Source: Eledone cirrhosa
Taxonomy: Eukaryota
Direction: 5' to 3'
Length of the DNA: 64,000 nucleotides
Assembly (NCBI GenBank): GCA_964016885.1
Contig: OZ024743.1
Coordinates: 72,664,001 to 72,728,000 of the forward strand
Position 1 is the stretch's first letter. Each line of letters opens with the position of its first letter. The notes beneath the pieces are model-generated. The model did not search any database. It was not told the origin of the DNA and saw nothing but the letters and a program-made list of their open reading frames with translations. The position numbers and the translations under genes were made by a program. Below are positions 23,833 to 37,762 of this stretch, in pieces.

Positions 23833-26800
23833 ATAATAATAATGATTTCATTTATTGGCCACAAGGGCCGACATATAGGGGACAATACACAAGACTGGGA
23901 TAGTTGGGTCTTACAGAAAAAATCGAGTAAACAATATAAATAACAATAACAAAGTAACATAAAATTACAACAAGAAAAATTCCCCAATAGGGGTGATAAC
24001 CACCCAGGGTTCGCTCAGGTACCCCACCACTCCTGAACAACCCGACGCTTCGAGAGCACTCTGGAAGGGCACCCCACTCCTCCTCAAATTTACCCACCTA
24101 CAGCCGCATGACCAGAGTAGGCCCACTCACGCGGGCCATTCTCGCCACGTTCACCCACCTTTCAGCAAATATACTGGGGAGCAGCTCTTCTCTCTCCACC
24201 CTTACCTTCCTTTCGAAGCGAAACTTGAAAAAGTTGATGAGGGATAGGCCAAAGAGAAAAGTGTCTGTCTTCAGTCCTTTCAACCTCTTCCACCATACAA
24301 CCTCTTTCGCTACTGTCACCAGACAGAGGAAAATTGCCTGCCCTTCCTGGCCAAAAGAAGGCGGTAGGTCGATCTTCACTATGGACTCGGCCGATAGCCG
24401 GATACGTTCTACGCGTGACAACAGCTGTTCGACATAACTCCACAAGTCAGTAATGCACGGACACTGGACGAGTACGTGCAAAACGGTTTCGTCACTCTGC
24501 GCGCATCTCGAGCAGGTCCGTCTGACAGCACTTCCGTTTATCTCAACTTACAGTTTATTTTAAACCGGCAGTGTCCCCCGGTAGCACTGCCAAGCGAGGG
24601 ATTTTGGGAAATTATCTATCGTCCCCGGCTCGAATGTCCTCCAGAACAGACTGGTTGGTTCCACTTCGTCGATTCCCAGAGCCTTTCCAAGTGCGCGTCG
24701 CACCTGCCGACCAATAATCCTCTATAAAACTCGAGAGTGGAAGTTCCACTGACCGCATTGCCCGCCTGGTAGAGGGCAGTGAGGGCCTGGCAACATTCCA
24801 GATGCCAGTCACCCAGTCTCGGTCTCTTCTTGACCCAGGACTGCAGCACAGTCTAAGAAACGAGCTGCGGAAAGGCCCGTCTGACAAACGGCGACCACAC
24901 CTGATCACCGTTTAGGCAGAATATCTGGAGATGCCGCAGCCTCAGCGCGTGTCTGCGCATCATTAGCCACGGCATGCTCAGCCTTGCACGTACAGTGTGC
25001 TGGCAGCAGATGGACCGCCTCACCAGCAGAACCTGACCCCTCAACAAGAATTTGAAGAAGAGACGATCCAAGATGGCGAGGCGAGAACGGGGGCAAGGGA
25101 CGACGGCCAGAGTGTAGTAGATGACGAACGCAATGTACGCGTTCGCCACCTCCGCCCGACCATTCTGTGATAGCTCCTCCCAGCCCATTTCTGGGTGAGA
25201 CTGGCTACCCTGCCGTCTTCGTCCCAATTCTTATCCACCTGGAGGTCTGGCCCGAACCAAACCCCGAGCAAATTTACGGTCCATCCGTCCAGTGCCTAAC
25301 GACGCTGTTGGACGGCATGGACTTGCCTCTCCAGGTGCCGAGTTATGTTTTGCTCCCGTCAACCTTTCATATTCCTCCAATAAGTTGCCGACCACCTCGA
25401 TTTCTGAGGTGTCCGACACCATCACGGTGATGTCGTCCGCATAAGCCGACACAGCCTTTCCGCGTCCCGATTCGAGCGGGGTGCCTTGCAACAGCTCCAG
25501 CTTCCGCAGTAAAGGCTCGAGAGTCAATACGTACAGAAGGGAGGAGAGAGGCACCCTCGACGGACCGATCGGAAGACTTGAAACGGTTCCGAGAGGTGGC
25601 CATTACTTTTGACCACCGAGCAGGTGCCGCTGTGCATTGCAGCGATCCAGCTTCTGAAGACGGGGCCGAAGCCAGCCGCCTTGAGGACAGCCTCCGGGTA
25701 CGTATGGTCGACCCTATCGAATGCTTTCGATAGATCTAAATTGATCAGAGCCCCACCCAAGCCAGATTTACACCCTACCCTCTCTATGATGTATCGCATT
25801 AGGTGGAGATTGTCGTGTATGGACCTGGTTGGGATTGCGCAAGTTTGCGCCTCCCCAACCAAATCCCCGACGACAAGCGCCAACTTCTTCACTAACACCC
25901 TGGCCAAAATCTTAAACTCTGTGTTGAGCAGAGTTATGGGTCTGAAATTGTCTAATGTGTCCCTCTTGTTCTCGTCTTTCCTGATCAGCGTCACTACACC
26001 CCGGCTCACAGAACTGGGAATACTCCCGTTTTGCTGCCAGTTGCAGTAGAGGGCTTCGAGGATATTGGAGAACAAGTCTGGCATATTTACGTAAAGCTCG
26101 TAGGGCAGACCATCCAAACCGGGTGACTTGCGCCTCGTGCAGCCGACAAGGGCATCCTGAATCTCGGCTGAAGTAATTGGCCTTTCGCAGCGCCCAACGT
26201 CAGCCGTCGAAAGTTGCGGCAAGCCATCGAGATAGGGACTGAGTCCGCCACCGTCTCTGACACACCACTCCCCCGAACAATCGAGCAAAATGTTGGCGAA
26301 AGGCCTCACACATCCGCTTGGAATCGTTCAGCTCGTGTCCGTCTCGGTCCGTCAAAGACTGAATCGTGGTTTATTACAACGCTGCGCCTCTGCCACGCGG
26401 GCCCACCGAACAGCTTTTGTTCCCTCGTTTCTCCGAGCACGCGCCTTAGCTCTCACAATATAACCTTCGTGTTTCGCATTGAAGAAATCGTCTAATGCCA
26501 TTCTCGCCGCTAGCACGTCAGTTGCAATGCCACTCCCAATCGCCTCGTCTAACTTATCTACCAACTCCCCCTCCTTTCTATTTTTCTCTAACGCTACTTC
26601 TTTGCTAAACTCTATCGACATTACTCTAATCTCTCTTTTGAGAGACCCCCCACCCACCATATATTGTTGATGACTCCCCCTGTCAACTTTTTCTTAACTA
26701 AATTGTTGACCTTGTCCCTGTAAGCCTTACGTGCCCGAAATGACATGTTTAGCTTCCAGTAACCAGGTCCTAACCTACGCGTCTTATCTAGGTCGACCAT

Positions 26801-29510
26801 ACAGATCACAAACTTGTGATATGAATAGGCGACCGTTTTAAAACGTGAACAGCTTACACTATTTCTGTCTATTTTCCTAATGTATATGCTGTCGATATAC
26901 GATCTAGATGACCCTATGCGGTTAGTCCAGGACCACACTGGCGTATTAGGGAAATCTAGTCGGTACCTGTCAGACAGTTGGAACTGGCTGATCAGGTTCT
27001 TGAGGATTTTGCACCCCCCGCTCCTATCGGATACTCCCACACAGTCCCAGCGTGTGTCTAAGATGCCGTTCCAGTCCCCGCTAACAGTAAAGGGCGAGAC
27101 GTACCAAGAAAGGCTTCCAGGCGTCTAAAGAAGTTCTGCCGTCCAGTCCCAGTAGGGGCATAGATGGCCACCAGTCTAAAGTCACCACCTTCGTTATTGT
27201 TCACGTCCAGGACCACAAACATTCAGTCCGGGACCCGGAAGATCGACCTTACCTCGAGATCCAGGCCTTTCCTAAACAGCACTGCCACCCCGCCACCTAT
27301 TCCCGGCTAACAGATGCAAAGATCTTATAGTCGTCGAAAATGGGGGCTAGTGTGCGCGTGTCGGAAATCCTGGTCTTGCTGACGGCAATTACATCCATTT
27401 CTAGAGATCTGGAGTCGTTGAGCAGTTGACCCTGCTTCCAGGACGATTCCAGGCTTTGAACATTTAAACTTCCTACTCATAATACGGCTATGTTGGCAGG
27501 TTAAAAAGAGAGCGAGGAAAGGTTTACTTACCTTCCGGGCTCTTGTGAAGGTCGGGTGGTTCGACCTCCATAGTTAGTGGGGTTTCTTTTGGGAACTCCT
27601 TTAAAAGTCTTGAAGTGGGTTTTAAGTTTGGGGTTCCCACGTCCCGAGGAAAGCTGTCTCGTATCATTTTGTATAAATCGTGCGACATTCGCACCAGAAA
27701 TAAATCTTCCGGCACGCGAAATGGGCTCGATTCAAAACTTTCGCCCTCTTTTGTATATTTTCACTTCGTGCTACGAGGGCCATTAGTTCCTTGTTGGCCC
27801 TCCTGACGAGCACGAAGTTTTGTATGTTTTGTTGGTGTGATTTTATTTGTTCGTGTGGCTGTAGTGGTGATGGTTTTGGTGGTGTTGTTTCGGTTGTGTC
27901 TGTGTTTGTTGTGAGTGCGGTGTCTGTAGTTTTAAATGTTTGTGTGTATTTGTTCTTGCGTCTGTTTAGGTTGTTTGTGTTTGGGGGATTCTGGTGATGG
28001 TGGTGTTGATGTTGGTGTTATTGGAGAGTTGTTTGCGAGGGTGGTGTCTGCATTTTTTATTGTGGGTGATTTTGTACTTTGTTGAGTTTTCTTTTCCTTT
28101 TTGTGTTTCCCTTTTTTGCATTTTGGGGGATTTGGGTTTTCCATTATCTTCACTACTGGTAGATGAGGGGTCTGTGTCTGTAAGTGTGTTTGAATGTGTG
28201 TTTATGTTTTTATTGGTGTGTGTATTTTTTTTGGGGGGGGGGGGGGGAATTTGACAACTTTCCTCGTTTTCCCCCTGGGTGGTCAATGTTGGTGGTGGTC
28301 TTTCTATTGGTGTTGTTGTTGGTGGTTTTGCCGGTGTTGGTGTTGTTTGTGGTCCTCGCTCCAGCGTCGGCAGAAGTGGAGCCTTTCGACCCCTTGCATC
28401 TTTCAGCAGTTAGGGACAGAAGGCTCGCAAATGGGTCTTTTTCCCCACAAACAAAACAATGCGGCCTATTAACTTCGGTCATAATATGAATGACCGTCCC
28501 ATTCTGAAGGCGGATGTGGTCCGGGATTGTCTTCACATTCTCGGGCCTTATCTGGAGAAGGATCTCCAGGTCAACCCTGGATCAGTCCTCTCTGGCCGTT
28601 CTGGTCACTTCTATCCGTCCCCTCCACAATCACACATCCCAGAAGCCACCATATGTCAAGTCCTAGTGGGATTCTGGGAATGCGGAGACGGGCCGTTCTT
28701 TTTGCCATGTGGAAGGGGTACATTATGACCTTGCTGGTTTTGCAAGGAGTCATAGCGTGTTTCATAGCGAGGGATTCTGACTTGAACAGCACCGAAATAG
28801 TGCCAAACTGTCTGCCCCTCTCTATGTATTCGGTGTCTTCTGTGATGCATCTTAGCGCGACTTTGACATCTGCTTGTGGGATTAAAGCAGCCCTTTTTGT
28901 TTGTGCTGAGATGCATCTATAATGCACCGTTCTGCGCTCCACTGCCTCAATAGCTTCTACCGGGACAGTAAAGTTGGCCCAGGTTTGCTCTTGCTTGATG
29001 AGCTTCCATGCCTGGGCCACCTTTTCATCTTTGTTTGAGAGGCCCATGTTGAAGCATGGCCTCTTTTTTGCTGCTGCCACAGCGAAAGTGTTCTTCTTGT
29101 TGTCGTTGGGGGTGTTGTTGTTGTTGTTGTTGTTGTTCTTGTTGGTGTTGTTGTTATCACTGTCGCTGTTATCATTGTTGTGTTTGGTGCCACCGTTGTT
29201 CTCGGTGGAGTTGGTATTGTTGTTGTTGGTGTTGTCGCTATTTGTTTTCATGTTAGTGGTGTTGATATTGTTGTTGCATATGTAATTTTTTCTGTTCTCT
29301 GTATGTTCGTTGCTGTGTTACTGTCATTTTTTTCAAAATTAGAGTTCTCAGTGTTGTTATCATTGGTGTCTTTGTTCACATTGTTTGTGGTGGTGTCTGC
29401 TCTATTAATTTCTGTTAATTTAGCCGTAGCGCTCCTCTCAACTACTACATCGTTGCCGCACGACAGCAGACATATCGCTGGAGGGCGTGGCTCAGCCATG
29501 CTTTTCTTTT
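23833..29510 (-). mobile_element. Near full-length decayed Tx1/L1-type LINE (copy A)
   Basis: ORF1 remnants (Asn-rich N-terminus, RPHCFVCGEKD knuckle, 27530-29499); ORF2 remnants 24098-27490: SLNVQ..IAV, WSWTN..SYID, YWKLN, KSPGLDGLPYE, NFRPITLLNTEFKI, DLSKAFDRV, AYADD; AATAAA and (TTA)n tail. Confidence 0.92.
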
Positions 29511-29716
29511 ATTTTGTTTTTTTCTCGATAATGTTTTAAAATGTAAAAAAGTTCAAATAATTTGGCCAAAAGGCCCAAATATTATTCTTTCCCCTTCACG
29601 GGGAAAAGTCCAAGGGCTTGTATGCCTTCCACAACAACAACGAATTCAATAAATCAGTTTTGACAGGTAAATAAGTGAACTTACGGCAGAGAGCAAAAAT
29701 AAGTCCGTTCAGACTC

Positions 29717-30456
<740 letters not shown>

Positions 30457-30639
30457 GAGATTCATATTGTGGTATCAGGAATTATTCATGGTGCCCCCAC
30501 AGATCTGGAATCATTCGTGTTTGTCTATCTCTATATGACGAAATTTGAAGACATAATAAAGACGGAGTTTTAGAAAATTTAAATCTCAAGCCTCATAGGT
30601 TTTTTTTCACAAATCGAAAAATATACATACTATTGACAC

Positions 30640-30835
30640 TGCATAGACCACAGTGGTGACTTTTAGTGTATTTGATCCTAGGATCACTTCTCTACTCACC
30701 CTAACCGGCATGGTGTTGGCTACTCGCGGGTGTGAGTTTCGCGAGCTGGAATGGCCCTTCCAACGCGTCTCCCTCATCATCCTCCGGGGAAATGCCTCTT
30801 CTATTTCGTCCGCCGGTGCCGCGGGGCTGTCAGCG
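30640..30835 (+). pseudogene. CRE-like RLE LINE 3' fragment
   Basis: GCEFRELEWPFQRVSLIILRGNASSI, homologous to the 58-kb copy. Confidence 0.65.
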
Positions 30836-33668
30836 CGTGGTTCCTTATTTTCTTATAATAGTGAGCGATGGGGAGTGTGAGAGACGGTTGATTTTACCAG
30901 CATTTTGTATAGTTAAAGTTTAAGTAATTTTAATCTGTCTGTGTTGGACCATCCCTTGTATGTTCTATGAATCACTATATAGATAGAAGATAGAAAGAGT
31001 GACATTGAAAATGATGTTACAGAAGTTCTTTCTTTTTTTTTTCGGAATACCATTAATGTCATATACAACTTCATATCAAAGGCACAAAGCATTAAAACAA
31101 ATCAACTGTAGCTTTTTTCATACTATTACATCGAACAATAATAACATCGCTAAAAACAAATGATAGGCTAAAACCTTTCGTGTTACTTAAATCAAAGCAT
31201 ACTAATTATCATAGAATATCCCTCTTGTTTGCATGTCTTACTAATGGTTTCAATTTCGTGTCCGTCCGTCAGTCCACATCTGAATAGTTAGCGCAGGTGC
31301 ATTGAATTCCTGTTCGACAATTTAAAAAAAAAAATCTAATGCAAGTTTTTACTCAAATATAAATAATGTATATAACAACTATATTGATTCAATTGCAAAT
31401 AAAGGTGTATGTAATATATTAATAAACCGAGAAAAGAGAGTTTGGTAGCATCAGTAAACTATTTTCGATTCGATCCAAAACGAAACATGTTTCTACTGGT
31501 ATCAGATAATAAATGCTACATTATCAAGTGTATGGTCATATGAAAATATCAACTCATAGTGTAAGTTATGCATAGAAGGAAAGTTAGACGCTAAGAGAAG
31601 AAAAGTTCGACAGTCAAAATACTGGCTTGATGTCAGCTTATGGACTGGAATGGACCTTTGCTCTTTAAACTCTGCTGATGATGATTGAACTTTGTTGAAA
31701 GAATATCCCTTGTTGACGTGACGTCCGCAACTGGCGAAGTGAGCGTCTACAATATAATTCTCAACTTCAATATACATGATTTTTCTAACGTATATTTAAG
31801 AAGTGTTGCTATCTACGTCTATTATAGTCTTAAAGGGGGTTGATGATATTAATGTAGCACTGGCAGATACTCCTGGGTCCCAAATAATAAAGGATTGAGG
31901 CTGGGGTGGAAAAAGTTGAGGGATGGGGGTTGGAAAATCGGTGATTTTTCTTGGTTGTCTCAGTTGATTTTTTTTTTAAAACAAGTATTAGTAATTCAGT
32001 TTACATATTGAGACCCCAACCCATCCTATTTATTTTGTAACCTATGGGTTTTCAATTAATGCACTTTTTTTGTCATTTATAATGTTTATTAATGTCTAAA
32101 GAATATTAATTTTAGTATGAATGCTACCACGTAAAATAAAATTTCGCTGGCGATAGATTAAATCGCGGGGCTTGGTAAAAGTTGGGTTTGGAAACATCTA
32201 AAAATGTAATAAGCATTTGGGGGAATATTGGCGATCCGAACGTACGGACTGAAATGAATGTAAAGAAAGTTCTGTTGTGGATGAAGTATTCCTGCTCCAC
32301 GTCTTTTTCTCGGACATGTTTTGTCCTAAACATAAAATCTGTGAGCATTCGCGAGGGATTGACAATATTGGCGGATGGTGCCCGCCTCCCAAAGTCAGGT
32401 AATCAAAAGTCACCTGTGAATGTGACAGGATTGAAGATATTTATTTAGGGTCTTGTCTGCATTCTTTGATGTCCCGTGGACTTTCGTTTTGGTAAGAGAG
32501 TCACTACAGATGTTGTGGATAATGGTGGAAAGGTGGTACCACTGGGCGTGCTCAGAGAGTCATACATTATGTGCGTATGTTCCCCATGATTCTGAGCGAC
32601 ACATGAAGATGGTCAGTAGAATGGCCCTGGACACATTGATAATTGTAACTTGAGATAACTAAATTTATAAATTTAGCCAGTTCAATAGAAAATCATTTCT
32701 CACTGGCTAAATACAATTTGAAACAGGCTTCAAACTAAGTTTGTATATATAAACAAGCCTTGTCACTGTTTCAATGATCCAGCTACATGTATCAAAAGCT
32801 ATACTGATGCATGAGCCCCAATTTCCTCATGGTTGTTTGAGCCAATGACAGTTAAATATTGTATTGAAACAGTGCCTTTTTTATTGTGAAAGCTGCAAGA
32901 TTGTAAACAGTTGATATAGTAGGGAATGCGATCATTTGAACTCTGACTGCAAATTATGAAGAGTTTTGTTGGTTACAAATATCATTAGCGATATATTTAA
33001 AGATAAAAGACGAAATATCATTAATGAATGAAACAAATTCATGGCATGCTTGTCTCTGGACGCATCGATAGCCACATTGCCAAGAGTGATAAAATGGTGT
33101 GATTTACATCAGCTAAAGTACTTAATTAAAGTTTATATGTTTATTGATATATCAACCAATGAAATGTCATTAGTTCCTATACAGTATTTAATATGCAAAT
33201 GTCAACTGGAATTTTTTTTATCCGGTGCCATTAAAAACAAATCTATAAACAAAACAGTTTTGACGAAGTCAAAATAAATAATGAAAGACATAGAAATAAT
33301 TATCGATGCAATTATCATATTTAGTCTAACATAGAAAGAGGATCTCACATCTCACTGGATAATTGACATTTACACAATTTTAACCTTCTCACATTCAAAT
33401 GAAAACAAAAGCAATCAAAATAAAATTATGAAAATGCACAACTGTTTAATGATTAAGTTATAAATCTTAATATTTATCAGATAATCTAAAACAATTCTTC
33501 ATGTTCGTGCACATTTATATTGTCACGCAGCTTTCCTTTGTTTTCTCCGACTGTCTGTCTTAAAATTTCTATATATTTCTCTCTTTTATATATAACGATA
33601 TACTGAGTGAAAGAAAGAAGACAATATAAGCACACAGCTAGATAAAAACAAACAAACACACACACACA

Positions 33669-34260
<592 letters not shown>

Positions 34261-34457
34261 TGTCTGTGAAGCCCAGCTTCTCAAGATTTGTATTGAGACA
34301 GTTACTAACATATCCCAGTGCCCCAATAATCACAGTTATAAAGTTATAAATCTGAAGGTATAGTCAGGGTAGAGTATCTGCAGATTTCTCATAAGTTCTG
34401 CATAGTTATGTATGCATGTATATATGTATATATATTTCTCTCTCTTTCTGTCTCTTT

Positions 34458-34565
<108 letters not shown>

Positions 34566-34657
34566 GGAAACAGCACCACAGTTTCGGATATCAACGAAAT
34601 ATCAAGGTAAACTTTGGCCCATCATTATGTCTACCTGTTTTTTCTGTTCTAGTTCTA

Positions 34658-34716
34658 GCTGCCTGATGAGGTCATAGTTGTTTAATAATAGTTATTAACG
34701 AAATATATATTGCAGC
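34658..34716 (+). ncRNA. Type I HHR
   Basis: gctgc CTGATGA ggtc-atagttgtt-taat-aatagttat-taac GAAA tatata TT gcagc; perfect 5-bp stem I, palindromic stem III. Confidence 0.75.
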
Positions 34717-34794
34717 GATGATGAATAAATGAAGTTAATTTTAACCTGTTGACTAACACTTCTTGATTATATATATACATATAAAATATATAGA

Positions 34795-35350
34795 GAGAAT
34801 TTTGAAAATAATACGATAAGACTCTCCTACACCACAGCATCAAATTTAGCTAGGAATATAGCCATCCTCAACACTGCTGAATTAAATAAGCCTACTACCT
34901 CCGAAACCCACCGCTGGACGGGAGCCTTGTGCAAACTGCCACAATCAGCAAGTCTTTCCACTCGAAAAGGATTGCCTTATGAGTGACATCGTATATAAAT
35001 GCCATTCGTCTCAGGCATTGACAACAGCAAAAAACATATATCGGAATGACTTCCAAAAATTTACCACCTGCTGGTATGCCTATACCCACTCGTTGAGAAG
35101 ATCGGGAAAATCCAACCAAACAACATCGCCGCCTATGTCTGGGACCACAAGAGGAAGTCTACCCCTTTCACGTTCAAAGGGAAATTACACCAATGAGCGC
35201 GCTCATACATAGGACGACACAAGTGTTGCGACCTGCCTGTTTTGGAGGGCGATGAAATATTATTTGCCAAAGGTCCGACACGACCAAACTCTCTGAACCC
35301 TGCTCGATTTACATGCACCAAACTATGCAACGTATAAATCCTACCAATCT
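34795..35350 (+). pseudogene. Decayed PLE linker + GIY-YIG fragment
   Basis: LKNNTIRLSY..ASNL, NCHNQQVFPLEKDCLMSDIVYKC, KTYIGMTS, KFTTCWY; collinear with the C-terminus of the 4814-6901 ORF across frameshifts. Confidence 0.7.
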
Positions 35351-35554
35351 GTTTTGCCCCAGAACGATAATTTCCGGAAAAAAAACCCTCTCCACCCCAC
35401 CGGACAACGAACGACCTCTTTTTGTCCGCCTCGCAACACTAACGTTATGGAAGTACTCTTTTCTACTTGTTTAGGCATACATGTATGTATGAAAATGTGT
35501 GTATATTTATATGTATATATATGTATGCATTTGCGTGTGTGTGTATATATATAT

Positions 35555-36154
35555 ATAACAACTAGAAATTGATTAACATATAAATAAACATATGAAACAA
35601 TCACAAGGGATAATTTTTACAAGTGTGTACGCACACATAGCTAGGTAGGTAACTAAATAAAGTTAACTAGAACTTCAAAATAGATACCTTATAATATGAT
35701 TAATCTTCCCTGTATATATTCAATTAACGAAATATATTTCACCAATTAATCGAATGGTAAACCACGGAGGCCGATACTTGGATTTTCAACAAGGAAGAAG
35801 TCCAGCGATCTGTGTTTACGCATTAAGTTCAAATCAGCGGCTGGCCACTAACACGTGCTGTATCTACTAAAAATACACACATCATAGCAGCTTCGTCCCA
35901 GTTGCGTAAATAGGGTTATCGACAACTAGAAACAGCAGTCAAGTCCTTTCAACAGAGTTAGGACTGCTGTTTCTAGTTGTCGATAACCCTATTCACGCAA
36001 CATGGAATATATACAGGGAAGATTAATCATATTATAAGGGATCTATTTTGAAGTTCTAGTTAACTTTATTTAGTTACCTAACACACTTGTAAAAATTATG
36101 CCTTGTGATTGTTTCATATGTTTACTTATATGGTAATCAATTTGTAGTTGTTAT
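35555..36154. repeat. Nested inverted repeats (fold-back element)
   Basis: Outer arms about 35555-35721 / 36005-36154; inner arms about 35902-35940 / 35961-36001. Confidence 0.85.
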
Positions 36155-36308
36155 AAAATGCTCGGACATATTCATTAGAATCTTGGAGCTTACTTTACGG
36201 GTGATATGGCGCATGCTTTTCTGGCATGACACCGATAATTTTGATTTAGATTAAATTCATTTTGATTTATCTTAATTTTGTATATATATATATATATATA
36301 TATATAAT

Positions 36309-36354
<46 letters not shown>

Positions 36355-36548
36355 CGTATTTTCATATACGTGTGTGTATACGTGTGTGTATATATATATA
36401 TATATATTTATAAGTTTATCCAGGGTTCAATCGGGGGTAACCACAGTAAGTAATGTACTCATTATAAAGCAGTGTATAAATATTTAATATAGAAAAGGCT
36501 TCTACAGGTCTAGAACTGTTTCATTCGGGAGAAATCATCAATGAACCG

Positions 36549-36634
<86 letters not shown>

Positions 36635-37718
36635 GCATATACAAACATATATATGTATATGTATATAAATACAATATCGGAGAAAGCTTTTTAGCGATAC
36701 TCCGGCCAAATTCCAACTCACTCAACAAACATTAGGAAATAACTGATTATATTCCCAATTATGTGTTCGGGGTGCTAACTAAAAGTATTGCGTGGAAAAT
36801 TGGCTGTATTATTTCAAATGAGACATATCTAATATATCTCTTCCCAGACGGACGTCTCGTTTCATTATTGGACTCCTACAATTTGGGTGAAATTATACCA
36901 GTTTATGTAGGAGCTTGTATACCATCAATAGATATATATTCAAGTGAGCTCCTATAATTCATCAGTGGGTGCCCCAATAACACTAATATTGATAATCTAA
37001 CCAACATCAGCATTTAGCGATAATCACTTTCTGTGGCTGAGGTATCTGTCAGGTAGCCAGTTCAGCAGTTCTGAAAGAAGTGCTCGAACTAATTCAAAAA
37101 ATGAGGAAGTGAATTACCGCCAAAAAACAATACATGCGCGTGACAATGAACTCTGAAAGGAATTCAGGCCACGTGCTAAGAACTCAATTGGAAAGTGAAA
37201 ATATATCTATGTGTGTACAACATTTAATGACACACACAGATATTTTCTCGGGCAAAAGAACAGATTGAGATATAAGGAACAATCAATATTCATATATAAA
37301 AAATAAACAAAGAAATGCTGACCGTATACCGGGAATTTTTTCAAATCTGCTGCGCCAAGAGTAAGTAAATAAATATGTATATGTATATATAGATATATTA
37401 ATATGTATGTATATAAATGGATTTCCAGACGATATAGCGGTGAAACTGCAGCAAGTCCCGGGTTACAAAGAAATGGAGATGCGTTCACTGGTGGAGAAAG
37501 CCCGTATCATAGCAGAAGATGCCAAAAGAGTGGCATCTACCGAGTCTCAAGACAGCTGGCATTGAAATGGTGAAAGGGAGGCAACCACGGCATGCGTTTA
37601 GAGGTCGCTGTTTTATGTGCCAGGGCCCGCACAGGGCGAGAGACTGTAGAGAGTCAAGGCCGGAAATAATATGCTACCGGTGTAAGCGACCAGGCCACAT
37701 CGCTACTAACTGCGACCA

Positions 37719-37762
37719 GGGAAACGATCCAAGGGGAACTACTGCGCCGGTAGTTGCCCCTT
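37719..37762 (+). promoter_or_regulatory. -1 ribosomal frameshift signal (gag-pol)
   Basis: G GGA AAC in the gag frame, 5-nt spacer, hairpin aaggggaactact-gcgcc-ggtagttgcccctt; the -1 frame is open into the protease. Confidence 0.8.

Noticed and set aside
31452-31498. cagtaaa...GAAACATGTT-tctactg HHR-like relic
   Set aside because: The CUGANGA core is absent; too degenerate to call
31502-33277. Short non-repetitive ORFs as host exons or transposase
   Set aside because: No recognisable domain and no consistent splice pattern
35722-35792. TTGAAAA...GAAATATATT on the minus strand as a U3-A8 HHR
   Set aside because: Stem I cannot be formed convincingly
36505-36548. TTGATGA-tttc..gaat-GAAA motif (related sequence at 43320-43355)
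   Set aside because: Stems I and III pair poorly; at most a dead relic
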